DNA of 64,000 nucleotides from Escherichia coli (GTDB lineage Bacteria; Pseudomonadota; Gammaproteobacteria; Enterobacterales; Enterobacteriaceae): NCBI RefSeq assembly GCF_001677475.2, contig NZ_CP015229.1; one strand, 5' to 3'. Shown piece by piece: positions 1 to 9,783 of this stretch (position 1 is its first letter; each line of letters starts with the position of its first letter). The notes under the pieces were generated by a model. It saw only the letters and a program-made list of their open reading frames with translations, ran no database searches and was not told where the DNA came from. The position numbers and the translations under genes were made by a program.

Positions 1-665
1 CCATTTTTATAAGAATAAAACAACGATATTTAAGAGTGCTGGCAGCGGAGAAAAGGGTTAATACAGTCATTTAAGATTACTTCAGCTTTTCCTGTGGTGA
101 AAAATGAGAGGAATTGTAGCGCAATCTGTAAAAACAATTTCTCTTAACTAATAAAAAATCGCTAATAATCATTGTGTTAGATTGATTTGTTGCATAATAA
201 TAACAATATTATTAAAATCATTACAATCTTTAATTTAGAATAACATTTTTATGAAGGCCAGAGTACGTTAAGGGATGATGTATAGCGGTGATTGCTATTA
301 GATGGGAATGCAACCTTGTAAAACCGTTTTGCCCTTCTTTCTCCCTTTCAACGATAAGCCAGACATAATGTGGCTGCTTAAGCCAATTGTCGCAAAGCCA
401 AAGATCTCTCTATATAGCTAACCTCACGGTTAATCCGATTTCAGTATTACCGTGAGCAAGAACTATTTCCTTTTATATAACTCTTAAGGGTTACAAGCGT
501 GAATGCAAATGGTAATATAATGAAATGGTGCCTGCCCGTAATGACCATAACGAATCTACCCCGACGTAAAAGATATAGAGAATAAGATGCAGTAATGCTG
601 ATGCTTTGTTAATCAAATAACAAGATTTAAATTAATCGTAACTCATCAACGTTGTTGTTTTATTC

Positions 666-716
666 GGATGTCTGAAATGATGTTGTACAGAAAACTACAT
701 ATCATTTCAGACATCC
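666..716. repeat. Perfect 16-bp inverted repeat (ggatgtctgaaatgat / atcatttcagacatcc) with 19-nt spacer in AT-rich leader upstream of tpsA
   Basis: Read directly from sequence; arms at 666-681 and 701-716; a T7 run follows at 728-734. Confidence 0.6.
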
Positions 717-754
717 TCTAAATTGGATTTTTTTCACCCAAGGAGGAAGGAGGG

Positions 755-761
755 GGGGACT
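755..761. repeat. G7 homopolymeric tract within a purine-rich aaggaggaaggaggggggg motif
   Basis: Seen in sequence at 755-761; homopolymer of this length is a possible slipped-strand site. Confidence 0.5.
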
Positions 762-979
762 TTTAAATTATTGTGTTTTAGTAAGTTAGGTACTTCGCCG
801 TTCGATGAAAAAACAATAACTCTTAGTTGTTTTTTTGAGTCCTTATTTCAGCTTATTTTCCGTGATTTTTTATTGCGCCAGGTGATAGGATTTGCCGCAA
901 TCATTTTTGCTGATATTCCGTGAGTCATCAAAAGTGATCTGCATGTCCAAAATGAATAGCATCAATAAGGAAAACGTTA

Positions 980-3900
980 GTGGCGATGATAAATTTAAGT
1001 AAGGAAGCAACGGTGGGTAAAGCATTAACCCCTATTGCTATACTTATGATGTTGTCTTTTCCTGTAGCTTCTCAAGCGGCGGGATTAGTCATAAAAAATG
1101 GAACGGTATATAACGCCAATGGTGTGCCAGTCGTTGACATCAACAAACCTAACGGTAGCGGTTTATCTCATAATATCTGGGATAACCTAAACGTTGATAA
1201 AAATGGTGTCGTTTTCAATAACAGCGCTAATGAATCCAGTACTTCACTTGCCGGAAATATTCAGGGAAACAGTAATCTGACCTCCGGGTCGGCGAAGGTG
1301 ATCCTGAATGAGGTTACTTCCAAAAATCCTTCAACCATTAATGGGATGATGGAAGTTGCAGGGGATAAAGCGGATCTGATTATTGCCAACCCGAATGGTA
1401 TTACTGTAAACGGTGGTGGTTCAATCAATACAGGTAAACTGACCTTAACCACCGGGACGCCGGATATCCAGGATGACAAGCTGGCCGGTTATTCCGTGAA
1501 CGGCGGTACCATTACGCTCGGTAAACTGGATAACGCCAGCCCGACAGAAATTCTGTCCCGTAACGTGGTGGTTAACGGCAAAGTGTCTGCCGATGAGCTG
1601 AACGTTGTTGCTGGCAATAACTATGTTAACGCCGCAGGCCAGGTGACCGGTAGCGTATCCGCCACGGGTTCCCGTAACGGTTACAGCGTAGATGTTGCCA
1701 AACTGGGCGGAATGTATGCGAACAAAATCAGTCTGGTTAGCACCGAGAAAGGTGTAGGGGTTCGCAACCTCGGCGTTATTGCTGGGGGTGTTAATGGTGT
1801 CAGCATCGATTCCAAAGGTAACCTGTTAAATAGCAATGCCCAGATTCAGTCTGCAAGCACGATCAACCTGACGACAAATGGTACTCTGGATAACACCACC
1901 GGTACGGTGACATCTGTAGGCACTATCTCGCTCAATACCAACAAGAATACTATCGTGAATACTCGTGCGGGTAACATCTCTACGATGGGCGATATCTACG
2001 TTAACAGCGGTACGATTGACAATACCAACGGCAAGCTTGCGGCAGCAGGTATGCTGGCGGTCGATACCAATAACGCCACGCTGATTAACTCTGGTAAAGG
2101 GAGTTCTGTCGGGATTGAAGCGGGTATCGTGGCGCTGAAAACCGGGACGCTCAACAACAGCAATGGTCAGATTCGAGGCGGTTATGTGGGGCTTGAATCA
2201 GGCGCGTTGAATAACAACAACGGTGATATTCAGACCACTGGCGACATCGCCATTATCAGTAACGGTAATGTGGATAACAACAAAGGTCTGATCCGTTCGT
2301 CCACCGGGCATATCGTTATTGGTGCGGCAGGTAGCGTAAATAATGGTTCAACCAAAACCGCCGATACCGGCAGTTCTGACTCTCTGGGCATTATTGCAGA
2401 TACCGGCGTAGAAATTGGTGCGAACAACATCAATAACAACGGCGGACAGATTGCGTCTAATGGCAACGTCTCCCTGTCAAGTTACAGCACGGTCGACGAT
2501 TATGCGGGCAAAATTCTGTCCAACAGCAAAGTGATTATCAAGGGAAGCTCACTGCGTAACGATACCGGGGGGATCAGCGGTAAGCAGGGTATTGAAGTCG
2601 CCGTTGGCGGCAGCCTGACCAATAACATTGGCGTGATCAGCTCTGAAGAGGGTGATATCTCCCTGTTAGCCAACTCAGTGGACAACCACGGCGGCTTCAT
2701 GATGGGGCAGAACATCACGATGGAGTCGATGTCTGGCGTTAATAACAACACCGCGCTGATCGTGGCCAGCAAAAAACTGAAGATAAACGCGTTCGGTAAT
2801 ATTGAAAACCGCGATGGCAATAACTTCGGTAATGCTTATGGTCTGTACTTCGGCATGCCTCAGCAAACGGGTGGAATGGTCGGCAAGGAAGGCATCGAGC
2901 TTTCCGGGCAGAACATCTATAACAACAACAGTCGTTTCATCGCTGAGGATGGTCCTCTGACTCTGCAGGCGCAGAACACGTTCGACAACACGCGTGCTCT
3001 GGTCACCAGCGGGTCGGATGCCTCTATTCAGGTTGGCGGAACGTATTACAACAACTACGCTACCACCTGGAGTGCGGGCAACCTGGATATCGACGCGACC
3101 ACGCTGCAAAACAGCAGCAGCGGTACGATGATCGATAACAATGCGACCGGGTTCATAGCATCTGATAAAAATCTGTCACTGGAAGTGGTGAATAGCCTTA
3201 CCAACTACGGCTGGATCAGCGGTAAAGGCGATGTTGATGTCACGGTGAATAACGGCAACCTGTACAACCGCAATACTATTGCGGCTGAAAAGGGGCTGGA
3301 TATTGCCGCGTTGAACGGTATTGAAAACTGGAAGGATATTTCTGCTGGCGGCGACCTGACGATGAACACCAATCGCCATGTGACCAACAACTCCAACAGC
3401 AATATGGTGGGGCAGAATATCGTTATTAACGCGGTTAACGATATCAACAACCGTGGCAACATTGTCAGTGATTTTGACCTGAACGTGACAACCAAAGGCA
3501 ACCTGTATAACTATCTCTATATGGTGGGTTATGGGGATGTCGCATTAACGGCAAATAGCGTGGCGAACAATAACGCGACCATCGAAGCGACAGGCGATCT
3601 GATTATCGATTCGAAGGGCAACGTGGGCAATTACCACGGTAAGCTGCATGCGTTGAACGGCGTGTTGTCTGTAAAAGGCAGCAATCTGAACAACGACTAC
3701 GGTGAAATTCGTGGTTATGACGACGTCACGCTGGCACTGACGGGCAACTACGACAGCTTTAAGGGCTCGCTGACCTCTGAAACGGGCGACGTGACTTTGA
3801 CGGCGAACATCATAGACAACGCCTATGGTCTGATTGCCGGTGAGAATGTTTCTGTCGATGCTAGATCGACGATTTACAACAACACTGCGCTGATCGCGGC

Positions 3901-4792
3901 GAATAAAAAGCTGGTTATTAACGCTGGCGGCAACCTCGAAAACCGCGACGGGAATAACTTCCTGCGTAATAACGGCGCGCTATTTGGGATCACCGACAAC
4001 GTTGGCGGCATCGTAGGTAAAGAAGGTGTCACGCTTTCTGCTCAGAACGTCTACAACAATAACAGCAGCATCATCGCTGAAAATGGTCCGCTTAATCTGC
4101 TGTCCAGGGGAACGTTGGATAATACCCGCGCGCTCCTCAGCAGTGGGGCTGATGCCATCATCCGTGCGGCAGGGACGTTCTACAACAACTATGCCACCAC
4201 TTACAGCGCCGGTAATCTCGACGTTTATGCGGCGTCGTTGAGTAACGCCAGTGATGGTCGTCTGGAAGACAATACCTCCACGGGTGTGATTGCGTCTGAC
4301 AAAAACCTGGATCTGACCGTGGATAACAGCGTCACGAACTATGGTTGGATCAGCGGTAAAGGGGATGTGCATTTCAATGTTCTGAAAGGCACGCTGTATA
4401 ACCGTAATGCCATCGCAGCGGGCAACGCGCTGACCATTAATGCCCTGAACGGTGTTGAGAACTTTAAAGACATTGTGGCGGGAACTGCGCTGACTATTGA
4501 TACGCAGAAGTATGTTACCAACAACAGCAACAGTAATATGTTGGGGCAAACCATCGCGATCAATGCCGTGAATGACATTAATAACCGTGGAAATATTGTG
4601 GGTGATTATTCTCTGGGGGTTAAAACCACCGGTAATATTTATAACTACCTCAATATGCTGAGTTATGGTGTCGCTGGCGTATCGGCAAATAAGGTTACGA
4701 ATAGCGGTAAAAACGCTGTTCTCGGTGGCTTCTACGGTTTAGCGTTAGAAGCAAACGAAACTGATAACACCGGTACTATTGTCGGCATGTAA
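980..4792 (+). CDS. Two-partner secretion exoprotein (TpsA; filamentous hemagglutinin/adhesin-like) with N-terminal TPS secretion domain
   Basis: 1270-aa ORF; extended signal peptide; conserved ANPNGI motif and N/G/T-rich beta-helix-like repeats; GTG start at 980 with AAGGAAAA upstream (alternative ATG at 986). Confidence 0.85.
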   Translation: MAMINLSKEATVGKALTPIAILMMLSFPVASQAAGLVIKNGTVYNANGVPVVDINKPNGSGLSHNIWDNLNVDKNGVVFNNSANESSTSLAGNIQGNSNLTSGSAKVILNEVTSKNPSTINGMMEVAGDKADLIIANPNGITVNGGGSINTGKLTLTTGTPDIQDDKLAGYSVNGGTITLGKLDNASPTEILSRNVVVNGKVSADELNVVAGNNYVNAAGQVTGSVSATGSRNGYSVDVAKLGGMYANKISLVSTEKGVGVRNLGVIAGGVNGVSIDSKGNLLNSNAQIQSASTINLTTNGTLDNTTGTVTSVGTISLNTNKNTIVNTRAGNISTMGDIYVNSGTIDNTNGKLAAAGMLAVDTNNATLINSGKGSSVGIEAGIVALKTGTLNNSNGQIRGGYVGLESGALNNNNGDIQTTGDIAIISNGNVDNNKGLIRSSTGHIVIGAAGSVNNGSTKTADTGSSDSLGIIADTGVEIGANNINNNGGQIASNGNVSLSSYSTVDDYAGKILSNSKVIIKGSSLRNDTGGISGKQGIEVAVGGSLTNNIGVISSEEGDISLLANSVDNHGGFMMGQNITMESMSGVNNNTALIVASKKLKINAFGNIENRDGNNFGNAYGLYFGMPQQTGGMVGKEGIELSGQNIYNNNSRFIAEDGPLTLQAQNTFDNTRALVTSGSDASIQVGGTYYNNYATTWSAGNLDIDATTLQNSSSGTMIDNNATGFIASDKNLSLEVVNSLTNYGWISGKGDVDVTVNNGNLYNRNTIAAEKGLDIAALNGIENWKDISAGGDLTMNTNRHVTNNSNSNMVGQNIVINAVNDINNRGNIVSDFDLNVTTKGNLYNYLYMVGYGDVALTANSVANNNATIEATGDLIIDSKGNVGNYHGKLHALNGVLSVKGSNLNNDYGEIRGYDDVTLALTGNYDSFKGSLTSETGDVTLTANIIDNAYGLIAGENVSVDARSTIYNNTALIAANKKLVINAGGNLENRDGNNFLRNNGALFGITDNVGGIVGKEGVTLSAQNVYNNNSSIIAENGPLNLLSRGTLDNTRALLSSGADAIIRAAGTFYNNYATTYSAGNLDVYAASLSNASDGRLEDNTSTGVIASDKNLDLTVDNSVTNYGWISGKGDVHFNVLKGTLYNRNAIAAGNALTINALNGVENFKDIVAGTALTIDTQKYVTNNSNSNMLGQTIAINAVNDINNRGNIVGDYSLGVKTTGNIYNYLNMLSYGVAGVSANKVTNSGKNAVLGGFYGLALEANETDNTGTIVGM
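2753..4790 (+). repeat. Internal tandem duplication within tpsA (unit about 1134 bp; copy 2 runs to the C-terminus)
   Basis: Protein segments starting NTALIVASKKLKINAFGNIENRDGNNF and NTALIAANKKLVINAGGNLENRDGNNF align over about 290 residues; DNA copies begin at about 2753 and 3887. Confidence 0.75.
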
Positions 4793-4801
4793 GATGTAAC
4801 C

Positions 4802-4862
4802 AAAGACAGCAGTGGCTTTTAATATTAATGCGTCATGTCACGCAGGGGTTGCTGCTGTCTTT
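4802..4862 (+). terminator. 11-bp inverted repeat (aaagacagcag / ctgctgtcttt) between tpsA and tpsB followed by T-rich stretch; putative attenuator or partial terminator
   Basis: Seen in sequence; long 39-nt spacer so not a canonical intrinsic terminator. Confidence 0.3.
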
Positions 4863-4880
4863 ATTTAGTTTGAGAAGATA

Positions 4881-6500
4881 ATGCAATTACGATTTAATTT
4901 TGGTTTGCTGCTCATTCTTTGTTGTTTTCAGATCGCAGCGAAAGACAGTCTTGATAATTTGATTAAGCAGCAAAAAAATGCAGATGAAAGCACGTTACGC
5001 GCGCATAAATTAGAAAAAAAAGATGTTTACTCAAATGCACAACGTAATGCGTTTACTCTGGGTGATCTGCCGCAGGAAAAAAATTGCTTTATCATTAATC
5101 GGGTTGAACTGGAAGATAACTTTCTGGGTGAACAGTTGATTTCTGAAGTGCAAAAAGCGATTGCCGGACGCTGTGTCGGTAGTGCTGGTGTGCAAAAAAT
5201 TGCTGCTGCCTTGCAGGATTATTATATTAATGCCGGATATATCACAACGCGAATTAGTATTCCTTCGCAGGATATTTCTAAAGGCAAACTACGTTTCCTG
5301 GTTAATGCCGGGAAGATAGAAAAAACGATTGTCGAAGGTAATGACATCAGTGAATGGATGTTACCTTTTCAGCGTAACGATATTCTCAATATTCGCGATA
5401 TTGAACAGGGGCTGGAAAATCTTCAGCGAGTACCTGATGTTGATGTGAAAATTAATATTGAACCAGGAATACGAGATGGTTACAGCAACGTTCATATTGA
5501 TACACACCGTGGGAAAAACTGGAGCGTTCGGGCAAGTTACAACAATTGGGGCGATAAAGAAACGGGCCGTTACCAGACAACCGCGGTGGGTTATCTGTTT
5601 AATCCAGCGAAAATGGGGGATCTGTTTTATCTCGCCGTTACGCGTAGTACTACCGGACAGTATGAAAACGTCAGTAGTTATTATTCCATTCCGGTGGGGT
5701 ACTGGGAGTACGGTTTTTTCTATAGCAAAAGTAAATCGCAGCAGGTGATTCCGCTTTCGTACATCTCGCTGGATTATGTTGGCACCAGCGAATACTTGAG
5801 CGCAAAGGCGACGCGTACCGTTTATCGCGATAAAACAAAAAAATTCGCCGGTAGTGCAGAACTCATTCGTCGAAAGTCGAATTACACGCTTAATGGTGAG
5901 GAGCTGACATTACAGGCGCGGGATATGGGAAATATCAAACTGGGGCTAAATTATAAGCAACAGTTACCCGGCGCGTTCTGGGATTCAACCCTCTCGTGGC
6001 AACGCTTTTTAACCTGGTTCGGTGGTGAAAAAACGCCAGATATGCAATATGGCGACGTTAGCCCGGTAAGCAATATCTTTAATTTTGAGGGTAACTATAC
6101 CCGACAAATAAAGAATGGATATTACAATACTGCTTTTTTTGCCCAGTACGCACCGCGTGAACTGACTTTGCAAGATCAAATTACAGTTGGCGATCGTTGG
6201 AGTATTCGCGGGTTTGAAAATAGCGTAGGTTTGTCAGGGAATGATGGTTTTTATATAAAAAATACGCTGGCATTTCCTTTGCCTGGAATGAAAGCTAACT
6301 ATTATGCCGGTCTTGATTTTGGGCAAGTGTATCAGGACGCTTCTTATGGCGATGAATCACTGATGGGCGCGGCAGTTGGTATTGATGGAAACATTAAAAG
6401 TCTTGAGTATAACTTTTCCGTTTCTACCCCATTAAAGTATCCGACGACATTAGATATTGATCGGGTGAATGTAAATTTCAATTTTTCGTACCAAATGTAA
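4881..6500 (+). CDS. Two-partner secretion outer-membrane transporter (TpsB; ShlB/FhaC/HecB family)
   Basis: 539-aa ORF with signal peptide, POTRA-like N-terminal region, conserved WSIRGF motif, C-terminal beta-barrel ending in aromatic-rich strand. Confidence 0.85.
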   Translation: MQLRFNFGLLLILCCFQIAAKDSLDNLIKQQKNADESTLRAHKLEKKDVYSNAQRNAFTLGDLPQEKNCFIINRVELEDNFLGEQLISEVQKAIAGRCVGSAGVQKIAAALQDYYINAGYITTRISIPSQDISKGKLRFLVNAGKIEKTIVEGNDISEWMLPFQRNDILNIRDIEQGLENLQRVPDVDVKINIEPGIRDGYSNVHIDTHRGKNWSVRASYNNWGDKETGRYQTTAVGYLFNPAKMGDLFYLAVTRSTTGQYENVSSYYSIPVGYWEYGFFYSKSKSQQVIPLSYISLDYVGTSEYLSAKATRTVYRDKTKKFAGSAELIRRKSNYTLNGEELTLQARDMGNIKLGLNYKQQLPGAFWDSTLSWQRFLTWFGGEKTPDMQYGDVSPVSNIFNFEGNYTRQIKNGYYNTAFFAQYAPRELTLQDQITVGDRWSIRGFENSVGLSGNDGFYIKNTLAFPLPGMKANYYAGLDFGQVYQDASYGDESLMGAAVGIDGNIKSLEYNFSVSTPLKYPTTLDIDRVNVNFNFSYQM

Positions 6501-6515
6501 AGGATAACGAGACTA

Positions 6516-6884
6516 ATGAGAATAGGGACAGATATTGTTGAAATTGCCAGAATAACCAAAGCCATTATTAATGGAGAGATGGCTTTTTATGAGCGTGTTT
6601 ATACTGCTCATGAGCGCTTACTCATTAACCCTGCAGAACCTGATTATGAACGGGCCTCTGGATTCTGGGCGGCGAAAGAAGCGTTAGTTAAAGCGATTGG
6701 TTGTGGTTTTCGTGATGGCGTACGTTTCCAGGATATTGAAATAAAGCATGATGCGGCCAAAGCACCTTATTTCGTTATTTCCGGAAGACTACAAGAAATT
6801 TTTATCGGGCAGGGGTTGCAAAATAACTCCCTGAGTATTTCGCATTGCCGTACCCACGCCATTGCGACTGTCATCGTTTATTAA
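6516..6884 (+). CDS. AcpS-type 4'-phosphopantetheinyl transferase (holo-ACP synthase)
   Basis: 122 aa; motifs [23 protein letters not shown] typical of AcpS family. Confidence 0.8.
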   Translation: MRIGTDIVEIARITKAIINGEMAFYERVYTAHERLLINPAEPDYERASGFWAAKEALVKAIGCGFRDGVRFQDIEIKHDAAKAPYFVISGRLQEIFIGQGLQNNSLSISHCRTHAIATVIVY

Positions 6885-6897
6885 CTCAACATATGTG

Positions 6898-7659
6898 ATG
6901 AATATGTACAAATATAATGATTTAAATGAAAAAACCGTACTGGTGACAGGAGCCAGTGGTGATATTGGACTGGGTATTTGCGAGAAATATCTGGAGCAGA
7001 ACTGCGATGTTTATGCGCTCTATAAATCCAACGACGTGCAATTAACGGCGCTGAAAGCAAGCCATCCTGCAGGCGATAAACTGCATATTGTCCAGTGCGA
7101 TCTCGCCTGCCCACAGAGCGTGAGCGCATTGTGCGAACAGATAGAGCGCGAAGCTGGCAAGATTGATGTGCTGGTGAATAACGCGGGCATCGTTAAAGAT
7201 AGCCTGTTTGCCTCGATGAGCTATGAGGATTTCACCCAGGTTATCGAAACCAACATGTTCAGCATTTTCCGTCTGACGAAAGACGCGCTGATGCTGCTTC
7301 GTGCGGCAGAAAATCCCGCCATTATTAACGTTGCCTCTATTGCAGCGCTTATCCCCAGCGTCGGTCAGGCGAATTACAGTGCGTCAAAAGGGGCGATCCT
7401 CGGCTTCACCCGCACGCTGGCAGCAGAAATGGCACCCTGGGGCGTGCGCGTCAACGCGGTCGCACCAGGAATGATTGAATCGAAAATGGTGAAAAAAGTA
7501 TCCCGCGCAGTGGTCCGTGCGGTAACCAGTACCATCCCGTTACGCCGTCTGGGTAAATGTGAAGAAGTGGCGAACACCATCGTCTTCTTAAGTTCCTCTG
7601 CCTCCAGCTACATTGTCGGCCAGACCATCGTTATCGATGGCGGCCTGGTCATGCGGTGA
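6898..7659 (+). CDS. Short-chain dehydrogenase/reductase, FabG-like 3-oxoacyl-ACP reductase
   Basis: TGASGDIGLG Rossmann motif, NNAG motif, catalytic YSASK; start uncertain (ATG 6898 or 6904; ORF caller used TTG 6862, which overlaps the upstream gene). Confidence 0.8.
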   Translation: MNMYKYNDLNEKTVLVTGASGDIGLGICEKYLEQNCDVYALYKSNDVQLTALKASHPAGDKLHIVQCDLACPQSVSALCEQIEREAGKIDVLVNNAGIVKDSLFASMSYEDFTQVIETNMFSIFRLTKDALMLLRAAENPAIINVASIAALIPSVGQANYSASKGAILGFTRTLAAEMAPWGVRVNAVAPGMIESKMVKKVSRAVVRAVTSTIPLRRLGKCEEVANTIVFLSSSASSYIVGQTIVIDGGLVMR

Positions 7660-7662
7660 TTT

Positions 7663-8211
7663 ATGTCTAAATACACGATTCCTTCGAAAATCTTCCTCGA
7701 AATGGGCGGCTGGCGTCAGCCGCTGCTGATGGTCGATAAAATTGCAGATTATAAATACGGTGAAAATGGCTTTGTCAGTGTCGTGAAACACGTCACCTAT
7801 AACGAACCGTATCTACTGGGGCATTTCCCGGAAGATCCGATTATGCCCGGGGTGATTATTTCGGAAATCTTCGGCCAGGCCAGCGAGTATCTCTCTTTCC
7901 TGACCGACATTTGCGATATCTGGCGCGAACGTTTTGAGGAAGAGCTGAAGTCGTTACGTGATATTCACGCACGCATTCACCGCCCTGAAATGCTGGAGAT
8001 TATCCGTACCCGGCGCAGCCAGGTACGCGGCGTGCTGGCTGCTCAGAACCTGAAATTTAAAGATATCGCCTATCCGGGTGATTCTATTGATGTTGTCAGC
8101 AAATTGGCTTTTTCGGATGCCAGTGGCTTTAAACACTATTCCGTGACCGCGTACGTCGGTAAAAAGCTGATTAGTCAGGGCACTATTATCAATTTCCGTG
8201 AAACCAAGTAA
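7663..8211 (+). CDS. FabA/FabZ-like hot-dog 3-hydroxyacyl-ACP dehydratase
   Basis: 182 aa; LLGHFPEDPIMPGVIISE matches FabZ active-site motif; about 30-residue insertion relative to canonical FabZ (by eye). Confidence 0.7.
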   Translation: MSKYTIPSKIFLEMGGWRQPLLMVDKIADYKYGENGFVSVVKHVTYNEPYLLGHFPEDPIMPGVIISEIFGQASEYLSFLTDICDIWRERFEEELKSLRDIHARIHRPEMLEIIRTRRSQVRGVLAAQNLKFKDIAYPGDSIDVVSKLAFSDASGFKHYSVTAYVGKKLISQGTIINFRETK

Positions 8212-8232
8212 TCCAATAAGAGAGTAAATATT

Positions 8233-8514
8233 ATGTCTACCATGAATGACGCTATTGAACAGCGTAAAGAAGTTCTGATGACCATTAAAACTGAGATCAT
8301 CCAGCGACTGAATATTCAACGCGATGAAGCGCAAATTGATGATGATACTGCGCTGTTTGGTAATGGTTTTAAACTGGACTCCGTCGATGCAACGGAAATT
8401 GTCGTTCTGCTGGATAAAGTATTTGATATCAAGATCAGCGAAAGTGACGACCCGTCCTATATGCGCAGTATCAATAGTCTGGCCACCTTCGTTATTCAAA
8501 AGAAAAACGATTAA
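8233..8514 (+). CDS. Acyl carrier protein
   Basis: 93 aa acidic protein; GFKLDSVDATEIV resembles ACP phosphopantetheine-attachment DSL motif. Confidence 0.75.
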   Translation: MSTMNDAIEQRKEVLMTIKTEIIQRLNIQRDEAQIDDDTALFGNGFKLDSVDATEIVVLLDKVFDIKISESDDPSYMRSINSLATFVIQKKND

Positions 8515-8549
8515 CTACTTATTAAAGAATTAATTATCAGGACATTTTT

Positions 8550-9710
8550 ATGAAATCTCTTGCTGAATTTCACTTGAAAAATAATGCGGTAATGGGGGTA
8601 TATCACAACCGTACCCTACCTTCTTCTTATCACGATGCTATGACCGAATATAAAGCCGTTCGTGAAAACGCACTGCTGGTGGACTATTCTCACCTCTCTA
8701 TTGTTAGCGTCATGGGCGATGATGCCTGGGCGCTGATCAACCAGCTGGTTTCCGCAGATGTCTCCATCATTCGTGATGAGCAGGCAATCTACTCACTGGT
8801 GTTGAATGAAGAGGGCACCATTCGCGGAGACGTCTATGTGCTGTGCAGCATCGACGGTTATTACCTGCTGTCTGAAGATATTTCGGCTACCGAACTGATC
8901 GCCAGCATGAATACCATTCTCGAAAAAGCGGAAGAACTGGATATTCAATCGCTGCCTGAAATTCAGGATATGCAGGAAAACAACTGGGGGGCAATCCTGC
9001 TCGAAGGCCCATACTCCTGGGAGATCATGTCTGAAATTCATGGCTTTGACGTGATTGGCCTGCCTTACTACGAATACATGAATACCGATGAGGATCTGCT
9101 GATCTTCCGCTGTGGTAAACATGGTGAGTATGCGTACATGACCATCGGTGAGCAGGCGAAACTGGCGGAGCAGTGGGAAAAACTGTTAACCGTCGGCGAG
9201 AAATACCTGATGCAGACCGGCGGCCTGGATTATCAAAAAATCGTACGCCTCGAAAATCCATGCTGGGATGCCAGCCTGTGGGAAGGTCAGGCGGTGAATC
9301 CGGTTCAGTTGCAGATGCAGTGGGCGGTGCAGTACGACAAAGATGATTTTATTGGCAAGGACGCGGTGACAGAGCTCTCCCAGGAGTATACCGGTAATAA
9401 ACTCATCGGCATGATCGCACAGGAAGAATGCGAAGGCATTGAGGCTGGCGATCGCGTGCTGGTGGAAGGTCAAGACGTGGGTTATGTCGTGAAAGCGGTA
9501 TTTTCCCCGGCATTGCAGCGTTTCATTGCCCTGACCCTGCTGGAAAAGGATTACGCCTGGTCTGATATCAGCGGCTACGAAATTCAAACTGCCCACGGAA
9601 TTATTCCAGCGCAATCAAAATGTATGCCGTTTATTTATAACCTGAGCATGTTGGTTAGCCCAACTGAGCACAGTTATATCGACGCGTCAAAAAATAAAAG
9701 CGCAGCGTAA
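8550..9710 (+). CDS. GcvT/aminomethyltransferase-family (folate-binding fold) protein
   Basis: 386 aa; N-terminus aligns by eye with GcvT (AVRENALLVDYSHLSIVSVMGDDAWALINQLVSADV versus GcvT AVR..G.FDVSHM....G.DA..FL..L..NDV). Confidence 0.6.
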   Translation: MKSLAEFHLKNNAVMGVYHNRTLPSSYHDAMTEYKAVRENALLVDYSHLSIVSVMGDDAWALINQLVSADVSIIRDEQAIYSLVLNEEGTIRGDVYVLCSIDGYYLLSEDISATELIASMNTILEKAEELDIQSLPEIQDMQENNWGAILLEGPYSWEIMSEIHGFDVIGLPYYEYMNTDEDLLIFRCGKHGEYAYMTIGEQAKLAEQWEKLLTVGEKYLMQTGGLDYQKIVRLENPCWDASLWEGQAVNPVQLQMQWAVQYDKDDFIGKDAVTELSQEYTGNKLIGMIAQEECEGIEAGDRVLVEGQDVGYVVKAVFSPALQRFIALTLLEKDYAWSDISGYEIQTAHGIIPAQSKCMPFIYNLSMLVSPTEHSYIDASKNKSAA

Positions 9711-9718
9711 TGAATATC

Positions 9719-9743
9719 GCCGCGTGAATATAGCTTACGCGGC
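9719..9743 (+). other. 7-bp stem hairpin (gccgcgt / acgcggc) in intergenic gap before KS gene
   Basis: Seen in sequence; no T-run after it. Confidence 0.3.
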
Positions 9744-9783
9744 TTAAATTAACCCCAATTGGCGGGATTGCCAGGTATTATTC

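Noticed and set aside
723-923. 66-aa ORF in the AT-rich leader (TTG start, contains the G7 tract)
   Set aside because: No convincing start context, low-complexity translation, lies in presumptive regulatory DNA; treated as non-coding.
1261-4578. Multiple minus-strand and alternative-frame ORFs (up to 189 aa) inside tpsA
   Set aside because: They lie entirely within a much longer, motif-supported ORF; repetitive codon composition readily generates open antisense frames.
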